A stretch of DNA of 64,000 bases from Mobula hypostoma (lineage: Eukaryota), in assembly GCF_963921235.1 (NCBI RefSeq), contig NC_086097.1, positions 35,652,001-35,716,000 on the forward strand, given 5' to 3'. The translations under genes and the position numbers were made by a program. Of this stretch, positions 13,077 to 25,050 are shown one piece after another. Under the pieces are notes generated by a model. That model was not told the DNA's origin. It saw nothing but the letters and a program-made list of their open reading frames with translations, and searched no databases. How positions within the stretch are numbered: position 1 is the stretch's first letter; each line of letters opens with the position of its first letter.

Positions 13077-13800
13077 CATCATCATCAGGTGCTGTGCCCA
13101 GTTTGAGCTTTGAATGCCATGGCCCACACACTCCTGTTTCGGGTCAATTCACTGGTGTTCATTTCCAGTTCTCTGGTTGCTGTCTCCATCATCATTTGTC
13201 TTTGTCTTCCTCTTTCTTTCTTCCCTTCCATCTTTCCCATAATAACCATGCATTCAAACTCCTCTTTCCTAATCACATGTCCAATGAAGTCACGTTGCCT
13301 TTTCATGATCTCATACATTATTTCTCTTTATGCGTTTGCTCTGTTCATGACATCCTCATTAGATACTCGTTTCATCCATGATATCCTTCGTATCCTCCTC
13401 AAAAACCACATCTCTGCTGCTTCAATTCATTTCCTCATGTTACTAGATATTGTCCAACATTCTAAGCCATATAACATAGCTGAATAAACGTAACGTTTCA
13501 GTACTCTGAGGCGGGTTGTCATGCCTAGTTTAGTATTGGTCAGTATACTCTTCATTCTCGTAAAGGAGTCTTTTGTCATCCCTATTCTTCTTTTGATGTC
13601 CAAGTTGCACCTGCCATCTGATGTCACCCAGCTTCCTAAGCAGCAAAAGTTCTGTACTTGTTTTATGTCTTCCCCATTTATTCTCAGCCTGCATATAGGA
13701 TTTTCCTTCTTTTTGGATATCACCATACATTCTGTCTTTTTGCAATTGATAGATAGACCCATTTTTGCACTTTCTTCAACAACTATATCAATTAAATTTT
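13077..13800 (-). mobile_element. RTE-clade LINE, 3' segment with (TGA)n tail
   Basis: GLSINCKKTECM...DIKRRIG...MLYGLECWT and FIGHVIR...GKKERGRQR; tail tgatgatgatg at 13077-13087. Confidence 0.9.
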
Positions 13801-15900
13801 CTACTGATCATAAAATTCAAGTAAAACAAAAGAAAATTATTGCCACTTGCAATGTATGAACCTTATATCAAGCAGGAAGATTGGACAATGTGGTAAATGA
13901 AATGGAAAGACTAAAGATTAACATCATGGGAATTAGCGAAGTTCGTTGGATAGGTGCTGGAACATGTCAGAATAGAAATAAAACACTAATTTATTCTTGT
14001 GGAACATCCCATACCAATGGAGTAGGAATTCTTATGGATGAAAACATGGCAAAAAGTGTTTTAGGACATTGGGCAACATCAGAAAGAGTGTTCCTTGTTA
14101 GATTCAGAGGACAACCATTTGATTTAGCAATTATACAGGTATATGCACCAACAACAGATGGAACAAATGAGGATATAGATAAATTCTATGAAGAGCTTGA
14201 ACAAGCAAAGAATGGATGCAAATCTCAAGATATTGCTATTGTCATGGGATATCTAAATGCTAAAGTAGGACAAGGTGCTGATAGAAATACTATAGGAGAA
14301 TTTGGAGTAGGGGAAAGAAATGAAAGAGGTGAAAAATGGGTAGAATGGTGCAAGATGAATAATCAGGTCATTATGAATACCTACTTTAAAAACCATCCAA
14401 GAGGCTTGTGGACCTGGAAAAGTCCAGGTGATAACACCAGAAATCAAATTGACTTTATCACTATAAACCAAAGATTTAGAAACTCGGTGACTCAATGCAA
14501 AACATATCCAGGTGCAGACTGTAATAGTGACCATAACCCAGTAGTATATCATGTAAAAGTAAAACTTAAAAAGCTAAAGAAGCAAAAACCTGAATAATCC
14601 CTTGACTACTTGCAATTAATTAAAGAAGAAAACTTAAGACAAAAATTTACAATTGAAGTAAGGAATAGATTTCAAAGTTTAGAAATAGAATCTGTTGAAG
14701 ATGATAGCAATCATGTAGAAATTAAATTTAACTCTCTAAAGGATGCCTTGGTAGAATCAGCAAAGTCAGTGATTCCTAAAAAAGAAAAAAGCACAATGAA
14801 TAAATGGATGACAGATGAAATCAAAAATCTAATGGAAGAAAGGAGATGGAAGAAAGCAAATCCCTTGGAATATAAGTCCTTAGATAAAAAAGTTAAAAGC
14901 TTATGTCAAAAAGCCAAAGAAGAATGGTTAAACCAGGAATGTGGGCAAATAGAAAGAATCCCTATTACTGATCCAAAAAAGTTACATCAACAAATCAAGA
15001 ATATCACTGGTAAAAAGCTCCTCTGTTCTTCAGGTGGATGTTTGAAAACAAAGGACGGTACTATTATCATGGAAAAAGATGAGATTATGAACAGATGGAC
15101 TGAGTATATTCAGGAATTGTTTGAAGATGATCGAGGCGAAAAACCAGAAATTAAGAAAAACATTGAAGGTCCAAGTATTTTAAAATCTGAAGTTCGTAAT
15201 GCAATAAATAAGATGAAGAAAGGAAAGGCAGCAGGTCCTGATGAATTAGTAACAGAACAAATTATTGCCCTTGAAGATTATGGAATTGAAAAACTTGCTG
15301 ATTTAATCAATGACATTTATGAGACTGAAATAATACCAGAAGAGATGAAAAAATCAGTATTTATCACTCTTCCTAAGAAACCTGGAGTAATAGAATGTGA
15401 ATTACATAGGACCAATGAGTCATATCACCAAGATACTTCTAAGAATTTTGATGACAAGAGCTAAAAGTAAGATACAAGCTGAAATAGGTAAAGGACAATG
15501 TGGTTTGTGAAAGACGAAGGTACAAGAAACACAATATTGATGTTAAGGATACTACCAGAACGAGCTATTCAAGTGCAAAAAGATTTGTTTGTTTTATCGA
15601 CTACACAAAAGCATTTGATAAAGTGAAGCACATTAAGTTATTTGAAATATTACAGAAAACTCTAGATCTAGATTCGAAACACCTCCGCCTAATCAGAAAT
15701 CTGTACTGGGTTGGGCCGGCTGGTGGCGCAATGACATCGGCTCCGGACCCGGGAGGGGGGGTTCCCGGGTTCGAAACTAATTGGGTCCGCTCCTGAATAC
15801 GCTTTCCATCCGTGCCGGGTTGAGTGTCGAGATCACAACTCGACCTCGTAAAATAAAGGGAAAATACTGTGAAATGTCTGTGTGAGGAGTGGCTTGCCAC

Positions 15901-15939
<39 letters not shown>

Positions 15940-16370
15940 CTCTCTCTCACTCCGCGCCTTGTAAAAGCCATGAAAAAGGCACCACGGACGCATGCACAGA
16001 CACGCAGAGACACGCACGCATGCACACACACGCACAGACTGGAACGCACGCAGGCACACGCCAAAAAAAAAATGGAAATTTGTACTGGGAACAAACTGCC
16101 GTGGTAAGAATAGATGGAGAAGTGAGTCAGTTTACGAAAATCAAGAGAGGCATTAGACAAGGGTGTGTTTTCTCCCCTGATTTATTTAATGTGTACAGTG
16201 AAACAATATTACAAAAAATAAGAGACATCTTGGGAATCAAAGTTGGCGGTGAAAACATCAATAATTTCAAATATGCAGATGACACTGTTAATTGCAAGTA
16301 CAGAGGAAGAACTATAAAACTTAATTGATATAGTTGTTGAAGAAAGTGCAAAAATGGGTCTATCTATTAA
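13801..16370 (+). mobile_element. Same RTE LINE, inverted 5' segment (APE endonuclease and RT up to YADD)
   Basis: GISEVRW...QVYAPT...NQIDFI...NSDHNPV; GKAAGPD; FIDYTKAFDKV; GIRQGCVFSPDLFN...FKYADD; contains stops and frameshifts. Confidence 0.92.
15711..16074 (+). mobile_element. tRNA-derived SINE inserted in the RTE
   Basis: A box tggcgcaatg and B box ggttcgaaac; internal (CT)n; A-tail; 15-bp TSD gaaatctgtactggg / gaaatttgtactggg (15696-15710, 16075-16089). Confidence 0.88.
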
Positions 16371-16407
16371 TGCTTTAATTTACCCCATCTATACCCTTCA
16401 TAATCTT

Positions 16408-16830
16408 GGACTGTACTCCTTGTAGTTTAGAAGAATGAGGGGGGACCTCACAGAAACATTTCGAATGTTGAAAGGCATGGACAGAATGGATGTGGCAAAG
16501 TTGTTTCCCATGGTGGGGGAGTCTAGTACGAGAGGGCATGACTTAAGGATTGAAGGGCGCCCATTCAGAACAGAGATGCGAAGAAAGTTTTTTAGCTAGA
16601 GGGTGGTGAATCTATGGAATTTGTTGCCACGGGTGGCAGTGGAGGCCAAGTCATTGGGTGTATTTAAGGCAGAGATTGATAGGTATCTGAGTAGCCAGGG
16701 CATTAAAGGTTATGGTGAGAAGGCGAGGGAGTGGGACTAAATGGGAGAATGGATCAGTTCATGATAAAATGGTGGAGCAGACTCGATGGGCCAAATGGGC
16801 GACTTCTGCTCCTTTGTCTTACGGTCTTAT
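16408..16830 (+). mobile_element. CR1 3' fragment nested in the minus-strand CR1
   Basis: ggactgtactcc...agaatgagggggga...tcttacggtctt tail; ataatctt / ataatttt flanks. Confidence 0.85.
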
Positions 16831-17080
16831 AATTTTGTATTCCTATATCAAATCTCCTCTCAGTCTTCTATGTTCCAAGGAATTAAGTCCTTACCTATTC
16901 AACCTTTGTATATAACTCAGGTCCTCCAGAGCTGACAACATCCTTGCAAATTTTCTCTGCCCTCATTCAATCTTATTTGCATCTTCCCTGTAGGTAGGTG
17001 ACCAAAACTGCTCACAATACTCCAAATTAGGCTTCACCAGTGTCTTATACAACTTCAACATAACATCCCATCTCCCGTGC

Positions 17081-18545
17081 TACCTGGTGTGGAAACTGCA
17101 CTGCGGCAGACAGGAATGCTCTACAACGGTTAGTCAAACTGCCCAGTGCCTGACCGGCACCAGTCTACCCATCATATATAGAGAAAGATGCTGGAAAAGG
17201 GCCAGTCACATCATGAAGGAACCCACCCACCCTGCTCGTGGACCTTTTGTCCCACTCTCATCAGGGAGGAGGCTACGTGGCATCCACATCATGCGCACCA
17301 GACTCACAAACAGTTACTTTCCCCAAGCAATAAGGCTAATCATCCACTAACCACCCCTCCACACCTCCCACCACCACTACTTTATAACTTCCTGTCAGCC
17401 ACCTTATATACTGACATTCTTGAGCCTAACAACAATATATGGACATAGCTGTGTACATACATCTATTGATGCTTCTGGACACATCTTCAGTGATGTTCCT
17501 GGAATCATCGGGTGTTTCGGGTCTTTCAACATCATACAACCTCCTCCAGGTGACCCAGCCGGGGCTGATCAGACCCCAGCTTGTGTCCAGATGGCTAGCT
17601 ACTTATGACTCCATGGCTCCCCTCTTTTGAGCCACAGCCATCTTGAGGCCCTCTCTGCCGCATCAGTGGTACTGTGGATGGCTCTCCTCTTCCTCTCTCC
17701 CTCGATGCCCAAAATGCTGAAGGCTCTAACTAAAGAACGGGCTACGAATCCCCTACAACCAACCTCCACTGGGAGACACCTCGCTCTCCATCCAGCCTAC
17801 TGACAGTTGCTGACAAGTCCTGTGTACTTGGAGAGCTTCCTTTCAAAGGCCTCCTCCAAGCTATCTTCCCATGGGACTGTCAGCTCCAGCAGCACCACTT
17901 GCTTAGTCGACTCAGACACCAGGACAATGTCTGGTTGGAGGGTGGTGGCTGCGATATGGTTGGGGAACTTCAGCTGCCCTTCGAGGTCCACCAACAGCTG
18001 CCAGTCCCTTGCAGAGGTCAGAATGCCTGCAGATGTTCTTTTGGCAGGTATTGGCTGCTCCCCAGCTCTGACAAAGGCAATGGTCTGCTTGGAGGATCAG
18101 GACTGCTTCGCCCACTCAACTCCTGTGCTGACGGCTTCAGCGATGGTCTTCAGGACCTGATCATGCCTCCACCTGTACCGTCCCTCACCAAGTGCCCTTG
18201 CACAGCCGCTGAGGATGTGCTCCAGGGTTCCTTGCTTGGAGCACAGTGGGCACGCAGATGACTCTGCCTTGCCCCATGTGTGCAGGTTTGATGGGCTTGG
18301 GAGCACATCGTACACTGTCTGGATGAGAAATTGGATGCGGTGTGGTTCGGCTTTCCAAAGATCAGCCCAGGTCACTTATAATCAACTTATGTATATAAGC
18401 TTTCTTATGTTTTTATATTTATTGTGTTTTTTTTTGTAGATATTGTGTTCTTTATCATTGTGTTTTTTTATGCTGCTTCAGTTCTGGAGTAACAATTATT
18501 TTGTTCTCCATCACACTTGTGTACTGGAAATGACATGAAGCAATC
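17081..18545 (+). mobile_element. Rex1/Babar right part (3' ORF and UTR), interrupted by HERO at about 17447-18376
   Basis: ASHIMKEPTHPARGPFVPLSSGRRLR...NSYFPQAIRL; UTR resumes at about 18377. Confidence 0.8.
17447..18376 (-). mobile_element. HERO (R2-group) non-LTR retrotransposon 3' part: CCHC knuckle, RLE endonuclease, 3' UTR
   Basis: YDVLPSPSNLHTWG...CPLC...EHILSGC...YRWRHDQVL and TTLQPDIVL...LLELTVPWE...AFERKLSKY. Confidence 0.88.
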
Positions 18546-18730
18546 TCACCTGGTTTCACCTATCACCTGCCAGCTTGTATTCCGTCCCCTCCTTCCACCT
18601 TCTTACTCTGGTTTCTGCCCCATTCCTTTCCAGTCCTGGTGAAGTGTCTCAGCTTGAAAGGTCAACTGTTTATTCCTCTCCATAGGTGTTACCTGACTAG
18701 CTGAGTTCCCGCAGCATTTTGTGAGTGTTG
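18546..18730 (+). mobile_element. Penelope-like pLTR
   Basis: cagtcctggtgaagtgtctcagcttgaaaggtcaactg followed by gctgagttccc. Confidence 0.7.
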
Positions 18731-18974
18731 TATAGAATTGCTAATTTGTGAACTAAACAGATGGTTAGATGAAGGTTTTTGCTTAGAATGAGATGAGCCC
18801 AGAGCAGATGTAAATAAGGTAATAAAAGTCAAAACAAGTTGCACAGAATAAGTGGTTGAAATCTCTAGCTCGAAGTAGAGAAAGCAAAGAATATGTAGCC
18901 AGCCCGGTCAGCTGTATAGAAAAGATGGAACCCTGTCACCTCAGTCATTCTCTCCACCCTCTGACAGAAAAAAA

Positions 18975-19296
18975 CATTGAAAACACCTACCACAAGTGTC
19001 AAGTACAGTTTCTATCCTACTGTCTCTTGACTCTTGCGTCTCTTGATTCAAGACTCTTGAATCCATATCTTACAAAGATGAACTCTTGGTTTCTCCATCT
19101 ACCCCGCATGACCCTTGCACCTTGTTTACCTGCCTGCATGGGACTACTATACAGTACCTCTGTAAGTACAACAATGTATCCCACATTCCATTTGTTTTTT
19201 TTTGTAGTACTTCGAGGGCTTTATGTATGGTCTGTCTGGATGTAATGCAGAAAAAGATTTTCACTGTCTCTATGGTGCATTCCATAATAATAAACC
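18975..19296 (+). mobile_element. Rex1/Babar-like 3' end
   Basis: tcaagtacagtttctatcc...3' UTR ending ataataaacc. Confidence 0.55.
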
Positions 19297-19734
19297 AGTT
19301 AACAATGACCGGTTACCAAATGAAGCCAGCTGTACTAAGCCATAGAATCAAGAAGTTGGGACCAACTACGTCAGCAGCTGGAAGCCACTCTGAGAAGAAT
19401 TTGACTCCAAAGGTGATTTTGGTAAAAGCCATTTCTGTGCTGTGATGGAACAGAAATCCAGTGAAATGGAGTTTTCAGTAAAATTATCACAGATATGGGT
19501 AGCAACAAAACACTTAATAACTAAAGAGATAAGGATATGAAAGGTGGGTTGACATTTTGTGTAGATGGAGCAATCAAAGTGGATGTTTCAAGGAGGGTGG
19601 GGACCTGAGCTGGAGCAAACATTAACTCAGGTGGAAGCTGCAATGGGAATATTAACGGTCAATCATTTGGTGGGAGTGAGGGAAATAGAACATAGAATAG
19701 GAGTCGTGATGAAATCACGTATATGCTATCATAT

Positions 19735-20550
19735 ACTATCCTGAGATTAATTTTCTTGTGGGCATTTATAGGGAAAATAAGGAAGTACTATAGGTTTTAC
19801 AATAAACTATTGATAAACGAAGACTGATCATCCCTAGGGAGTATCAATGTGCAAAAGAAGTCAGAGCAAATAAAAATAATATTGAGAGCATGAGTTGTAA
19901 GGGGACCTCGAAAGTGAGTTCGTAGGTTGTAGAGTCAATTCAGAGTAGTGTTGCTTGAAGTTATCCATGCCCAATGGTTGTAGGGTAATAACTATTCCAG
20001 AATTTGGTGGTGTGTGACCTAAGGGTTCTATACCTCCTACATGACATTGGCAGTGAGAAGAGGGCATGATCTGGACATTTGGGGATCTTTGATGATGGAT
20101 GCTGCTTTCTTGTGCCAGCGCTCTATGTTAACGTATTCTATAGTGAGGACAGCTTTGTCTGTGATGGGCTGGGCTGTGTCCACCAGTTTTGTAGCCTTTT
20201 CCATTCCTGGGCATTGGTGTTTCCATATGTGGTTAGGATGCAGCCTGTTAGGATAACTCGCCACATTGCATATACAGAAGTTCCTCAAAGCTTTCAGTGA
20301 CATGCCAAATCTATGCAAACTTCAAAGAAAGTGGAGGTGCTGTTTTTCCTTCTATGCCATGCCACTTACATGCTGGTCCTAGGACAGAACCTACTGATAT
20401 GTTAATGCCAATAATCCTACTGACTAAGCTACTGACCCTCCTTATCCCCATTTCCCCAATGAAGACAAGCTCATGGACCTCTGGCTTCTTCCTCTTGTAA
20501 ACAATAATCAGCTCTTCGGTTTTGTTAATGTTGAGTGAGGGGTTGTTGTG
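19735..20550 (-). mobile_element. Rex1/Babar 3' fragment
   Basis: LNINKTEELII...KPEVHELVFI; KAASIIKDP. Confidence 0.8.
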
Positions 20551-22004
20551 AGAGCTCCGAGAGACAAAAGCCATCATCACAAATGCAAAGGCAATCAATA
20601 CTAGAAGATGATAGAATTCATGGACAGCCCGTGAATTATTCCATCCATCTTTAAAGGTAGCTGTACTGTTTCACCCTTCTTGCAACACCACAGCAGTGGA
20701 TGTTTCAATACTGAATAATTGCTCACTGTGGCCCTCTCTCAACTAAGACCACCTTCTATTCAGACACATTTGGTCTCAGACCTATTATGACATTCCCTTT
20801 GTTCGTTCCACCCCTCTCACTTCCCCTGTTTGATCTTTAACCTTTTTTTCTCAATTCTATTGAAAAGTCTTTGACCTGAAGCATCAACCTGGTGTCTTCC
20901 TCCCAGGTGCTACCTTGCTTACTGAGTAATTCTATATTTGTCTGTTGCCCAACACTTGTATTTGGATGGAAGTTCGCGTTGAATATATTCCCTTTGTTTG
21001 ACTTACAAACTTGGGATAACCTGATTTTTGATAACTAATTATTTCTAGGATTCAACATTGAAAATTCTCTCATGGCTGTCATGCAGTGAAAATATTTGCA
21101 TAAAATAATATGAAGAAAAAGCTGTCATAGTAAATGCTTTATTCAATTATGAAAAATGCTCTAAGCAATGAATGAGAAATTAGTTTGCAAACTCAAAAAG
21201 TTTCAATAAAAATTGTTTTTAATTGCTTCCATAACCTTGTATATGAAGGGCACTCAGCACTCATTGACTGATTATTTAATTGCTACCGAAACATTTGTAG
21301 AGGATGTGTGCAAGGCATTGTAGAGGGCAATAGATCGTGTTGGAGCAGGGTATCCATTAGCTGCACATTTTCCAGTAGTTCCATACAAGAATACACTGAA
21401 AGTGACAGCTAATAAATGACACAAGGAGAGCTAAGAGCCAGCTGGAACCTCAAGTGAAATGTGCGCCGTTTTCTGCAAGCAACAGGAATGACTGAGAAAA
21501 AGAATAAAATAACATTAACTCAAGCACTGGAAGTAGAGAGTAAAAGAACAAAATGTAATAATTCCAGCTCTATTAAGAATAATTTGCCACTTGAAGTAAT
21601 AAGACTCCATGATCTCAAAGATCACTTTCTGTGTTAGAGAGGATCACAACAATGATCATATCTTTAGGAGGGTACTTGCTCTGCTAATCACTCAACACTC
21701 TCCACTAAACTTAAAGTGCAGATTAAGGAAATTCTTGAAAATGACTGAAACTATTTGGGGAGAAAGTGGCTGAGGGCAAGATTCTACTTGTACAAGCCAA
21801 ACAACAGAGTGGTGCAAATCAAACGACAAATTCTAGTAAATCCCAGTTCAAAAAGAATCTCTGAAGTTTATAGTCGGTTCGCACGTTGATAGTGACGCAG
21901 GTCACTGATGCTTAAGGTAACTCTTATTGGTTCAATTCACCCCACCCACCAAAGATGAACTGTCTTATTGAACAATCACTCTCCCAGTGCTGGTTGGGAT
22001 TTCC

Positions 22005-22295
22005 AGGATTTATTTAGTGATACAGCGTGGATTCGGCTCTTGTCCTTTGAGACGCGCGATCCCAGCAACTCTCGATGAACCTAATTAACCCCAAACTAAT
22101 CATGGGATAAGTTACAATGACCAACTAACTAGCCAGTTTGTCTTTGGACTGTGGAAGGGAACTGGAACACTCTGGGAAAAACCATGCATTCCAAGAGTAG
22201 GCCATATAGATTCCTTACAGATGGTGCTGGAATTGAAATCTGAACTTCGAAACACCCTGAGCTATAATAGCTTTGCACTAACCACTATGCTACCA
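22005..22295 (-). mobile_element. tRNA-derived V-SINE/HE1-like SINE
   Basis: Minus strand starts ggtagcatagtggttagtgca; contains gtgttccagttcccttccacagtccaaaga; ends in a CR1-like ccacgctgtatcactaaataaa. Confidence 0.7.
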
Positions 22296-22640
22296 TGGCA
22301 ACGGTGACCTAGACCAGTGATAATAAAAGACAGGTAATATATTTCAAGGCAAGACACTATGTGACTTGGAGGGGAACCTACAGCTGATGACGCTCACTTG
22401 CACCTGCTATCCTTTTTCTTTTTGATAATGTAGTCCATGTCAAAAAACACAGCAACCACACTGTACAGAGATCTGGAGGGAATGGAAAGGATGGTTGATA
22501 AGGTACCAACCAAGTGTCAAGATTCTTGAGAGTTATTGACGCTGAACTCATCCAGGCAAGTGGAGAGTATCACACTTCGTACTTGTGTTTCAAATCTCAC
22601 AGCACTTTGTATAATAGATAAAGTGGACAAGGAGGCGATG

Positions 22641-22780
22641 TTCACGAACGTGAGAAAATCTGCAGATGCTGGAAATCCAAGCAAGACTCACAAAATGCTG
22701 GAGGAACTCAGCAGGCCAGGCAGCATCTAAGGAAAAGAGTACACAGTCGACGCTTCAGGCTGAGACCCTTCATCAGGACT
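22641..22780 (-). mobile_element. Penelope-like pLTR starting at hammerhead stem I
   Basis: Reverse complement reads agtcctgatgaagggtctcagcctgaagcgtcgactg...gatgctgcctggcctgctgagttcctccagc. Confidence 0.8.
22744..22780 (-). ncRNA. Minimal type I hammerhead ribozyme motif (one core substitution)
   Basis: AGUC-CUGAUGA-agggucucagccu-GAAG-CGUC-GACU; stem I AGUC/GACU; GUC cleavage triplet. Confidence 0.6.
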
Positions 22781-22781
22781 C

Positions 22782-23116
22782 ATGGAGAGGAAGTTTCCCC
22801 TCGTGGGGGAGTCTAGGACCTGAGAGCACACCCTCAGAATAAAAGGCCATCTATTTAGAACAGAGATGAGGAGGAATTTATTTTGAAAGAGGTGAATCTG
22901 TGGAATTTATTGCCACAGGCTCTTTGGAGGCCAAGTCACTGGGTATCCTACTGGAGGCCAATAAGTTCTTGATTAGTAAGTGTGTCAAAGGTTATGGGGG
23001 AAAGGTAGGAGAATGGGATTGAGAGGGATAATAGATGAGTCATGATGGAATGGCAGAGCAGACTTAATGGGCCGAAGGGCCTAGTTCTGTTCCTATGTCG
23101 TATGGTCAAATGGTCG
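22782..23116 (+). mobile_element. CR1 3' fragment
   Basis: gggggagtctaggacc...gccgaagggcctagttctgttcctatgtcgtatggtc. Confidence 0.85.
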
Positions 23117-24194
23117 TATAATCTCTCAGTGGCATATTTTATGTGTTTGATTGTATTGACATTGTGTTTTTCAGCCTATATTTGTTGTCATACAATTTTC
23201 AATATAAAATAAATATAACCTAAATTGTAAAAAGGCCTTACAGAGTCAGGCCTCTGATCTGTCCTGGTAATCACAGTTTTATCCGGCTGGTCCCCCTAGG
23301 TAATTGATGGTGGGGATTTAGCAATAGTAATCCTATTAAATATCTCTTGTTATAGATAGTAATTTTTGTGGCTTGATTGTTACAGCCCATTCCCACATGC
23401 CACTTAGGTCCAGCTACATGTAGGCGTGGGTTGCTTAGCTTCCTGAGGTGTTGCCAACGGAATATCTTATATAGTGAATGCCTCATGGGAACAGAATAAT
23501 GTGATACTATGGAAGTTAAAACCAAAGTTATCCACCTACAGATAAATCAGTTATGTGATGTACCCTTGCTCTCAAAGTTGGGCTGATGTATATCTTGCCA
23601 ACTGGATCTGGCATTACCAGACAGAAGTGTCCTCTGATTAGATGCAGCCATGTCTGAGGTTGTACAAACCATCTTCTACTGTGACTTCTTACATGGACAT
23701 CACCGGAGTGCTGAAATAAAAGAACTTGGGCCTTACTTAACTGTCTGAGACCAACATCACATACCACTCGAGCAATGCACCATAGTGCACATGTTCAAGA
23801 AGTACAAGTGAATGATGGGAAATGGTTACCAATGGAATGGAATTTAAAGATCCGTTAAAAGGATGACGGAATTTGGATCCCTCAGTAACTTCAGACTGCA
23901 AAGTAGATTACAAGAAGAGAAGAAAAGAAGAACTCAGGAAGTGTGTATATTTGTTAAGTAGGTACTTGGATTACATTTATTTTAGATGGAAAATTGTACT
24001 ACAACAAATATATGCTGAAGATTAATTCATTCATTCATTCATGATTTCAATACTAGAGTATGTCAGTAGAATCAAGTACATCAATGTTGGTGGATGGAGA
24101 TTGAGCGTGCTTTGAAACAAATTTAAATTTAGACAACATACATCAAAGTTGCTGGTGAACGCAGCAGGCCAGGCAGCATCTATTGGAAGAGGTA

Positions 24195-24231
24195 CAGTCG
24201 ACGTTTTGGGCCGAGATCCTTCGTCAGGACT
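24195..24231 (-). ncRNA. Minimal hammerhead motif (GAAA changed to AAAA)
   Basis: AGUC-CUGACGA-aggaucucggccc-AAAA-CGUC-GACUG. Confidence 0.55.
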
Positions 24232-25013
24232 AACTGAAGGAAGAGTTAGTAAGAGATTTGAAAGTGGGAGGGGGAGGGGGAGATCCGAAATGATAGGAGA
24301 AGACAGGAGGGGGAGGGATGGAGCCAAGAGCTGGACAGTTGATTGGCAAAAGGGATATGAGAGGATCATGGGACAGGAGGCCCAGGGAGAAAGAAAAGGG
24401 GGAGGGGGGGAAAACCCAGAGGATGGGCAGGGGGTATAGTGAGAGGGAGATCATTTCGCTGAATATTGGCGAGACCCGATGCAGACTGGGAGATCGTTTC
24501 GCTGAACACCTACTCTGTCCGCCAGAGAAAGCAGGATCTCCCAGTGGCCACACATTTTAATTCCACATCCCATTCCCATTCTGATATGTCTATCCACGGC
24601 CTCCTCTACTGTAAAGATGAAGCCACACTCAGGTTGGAGGAACAACACCTTATGTTCCGTCTGGGTAGCCTCCAACCTGATGGCATGAATATTGACTTCT
24701 CAAACTTCCGCTAATGCCCCACCTCCCCCTCGTACCCCATCCGTTATTATATATATATATATACACACACATTCTTTCTCTCTCTCTCCTTTTTCTCCCT
24801 CTGTCCCTCTCACTATACCCCTTGCCCATCCTCTGGGTTTCCCCCCCTCCCCCTTTTCCTTCTCCCTGGGCCTCCTGTCCCATGATCTTCTCATATCCCT
24901 TTTGCCTATCACCTGTCCAGCTCTTGGCTCCATCCCTCCCCCTCTTGTCTTTTCCTATCATTTTGGATCTCCCCCTCCCACTTTCAAATCTCTTACTAGC
25001 TCTTCTTTCAGTT

Positions 25014-25050
25014 AGTCCTGACGACAGGTCTCGGCCCCAAATGTTGACTG
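25014..25050 (+). ncRNA. Decayed minimal hammerhead motif
   Basis: AGUC-CUGACGA-caggucucggccc-CAAA-UGUU-GACUG. Confidence 0.4.

Larger units (their letters stand above)
12757..17080 (-). mobile_element. CR1 3' fragment interrupted by RTE and CR1 insertions (own sequence about 12757-13076, 16371-16407, 16829-17080)
   Basis: TTRGHGLMVKGERFKGNMRGNLFTQRVVKLWNKLP; sequence resumes colinearly after each insertion. Confidence 0.85.
22310..23500 (-). mobile_element. Old CR1/L2-group LINE fragment, split by insertions at 22641-23116
   Basis: Resembles the reverse complement of 48140-48700 (gaactcatccaggcaagtggagagtat versus gaactcgcctgaatgagtccag). Confidence 0.5.

Noticed and set aside
13881..15464. 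Longest ORFs (238 and 284 aa) as a host or domesticated gene
   Set aside because: RTE APE and linker; broken by stops, frameshifts, a SINE and an inversion
15711..15790. tRNA gene
   Set aside because: A and B boxes belong to a SINE head with body, A-tail and TSD; no clean cloverleaf
17490..17560. Hammerhead- or SECIS-like look of the HERO 3' UTR (AUGAUG...GAAAC)
   Set aside because: The flanks pair with each other rather than forming three stems, and spacing does not fit SECIS
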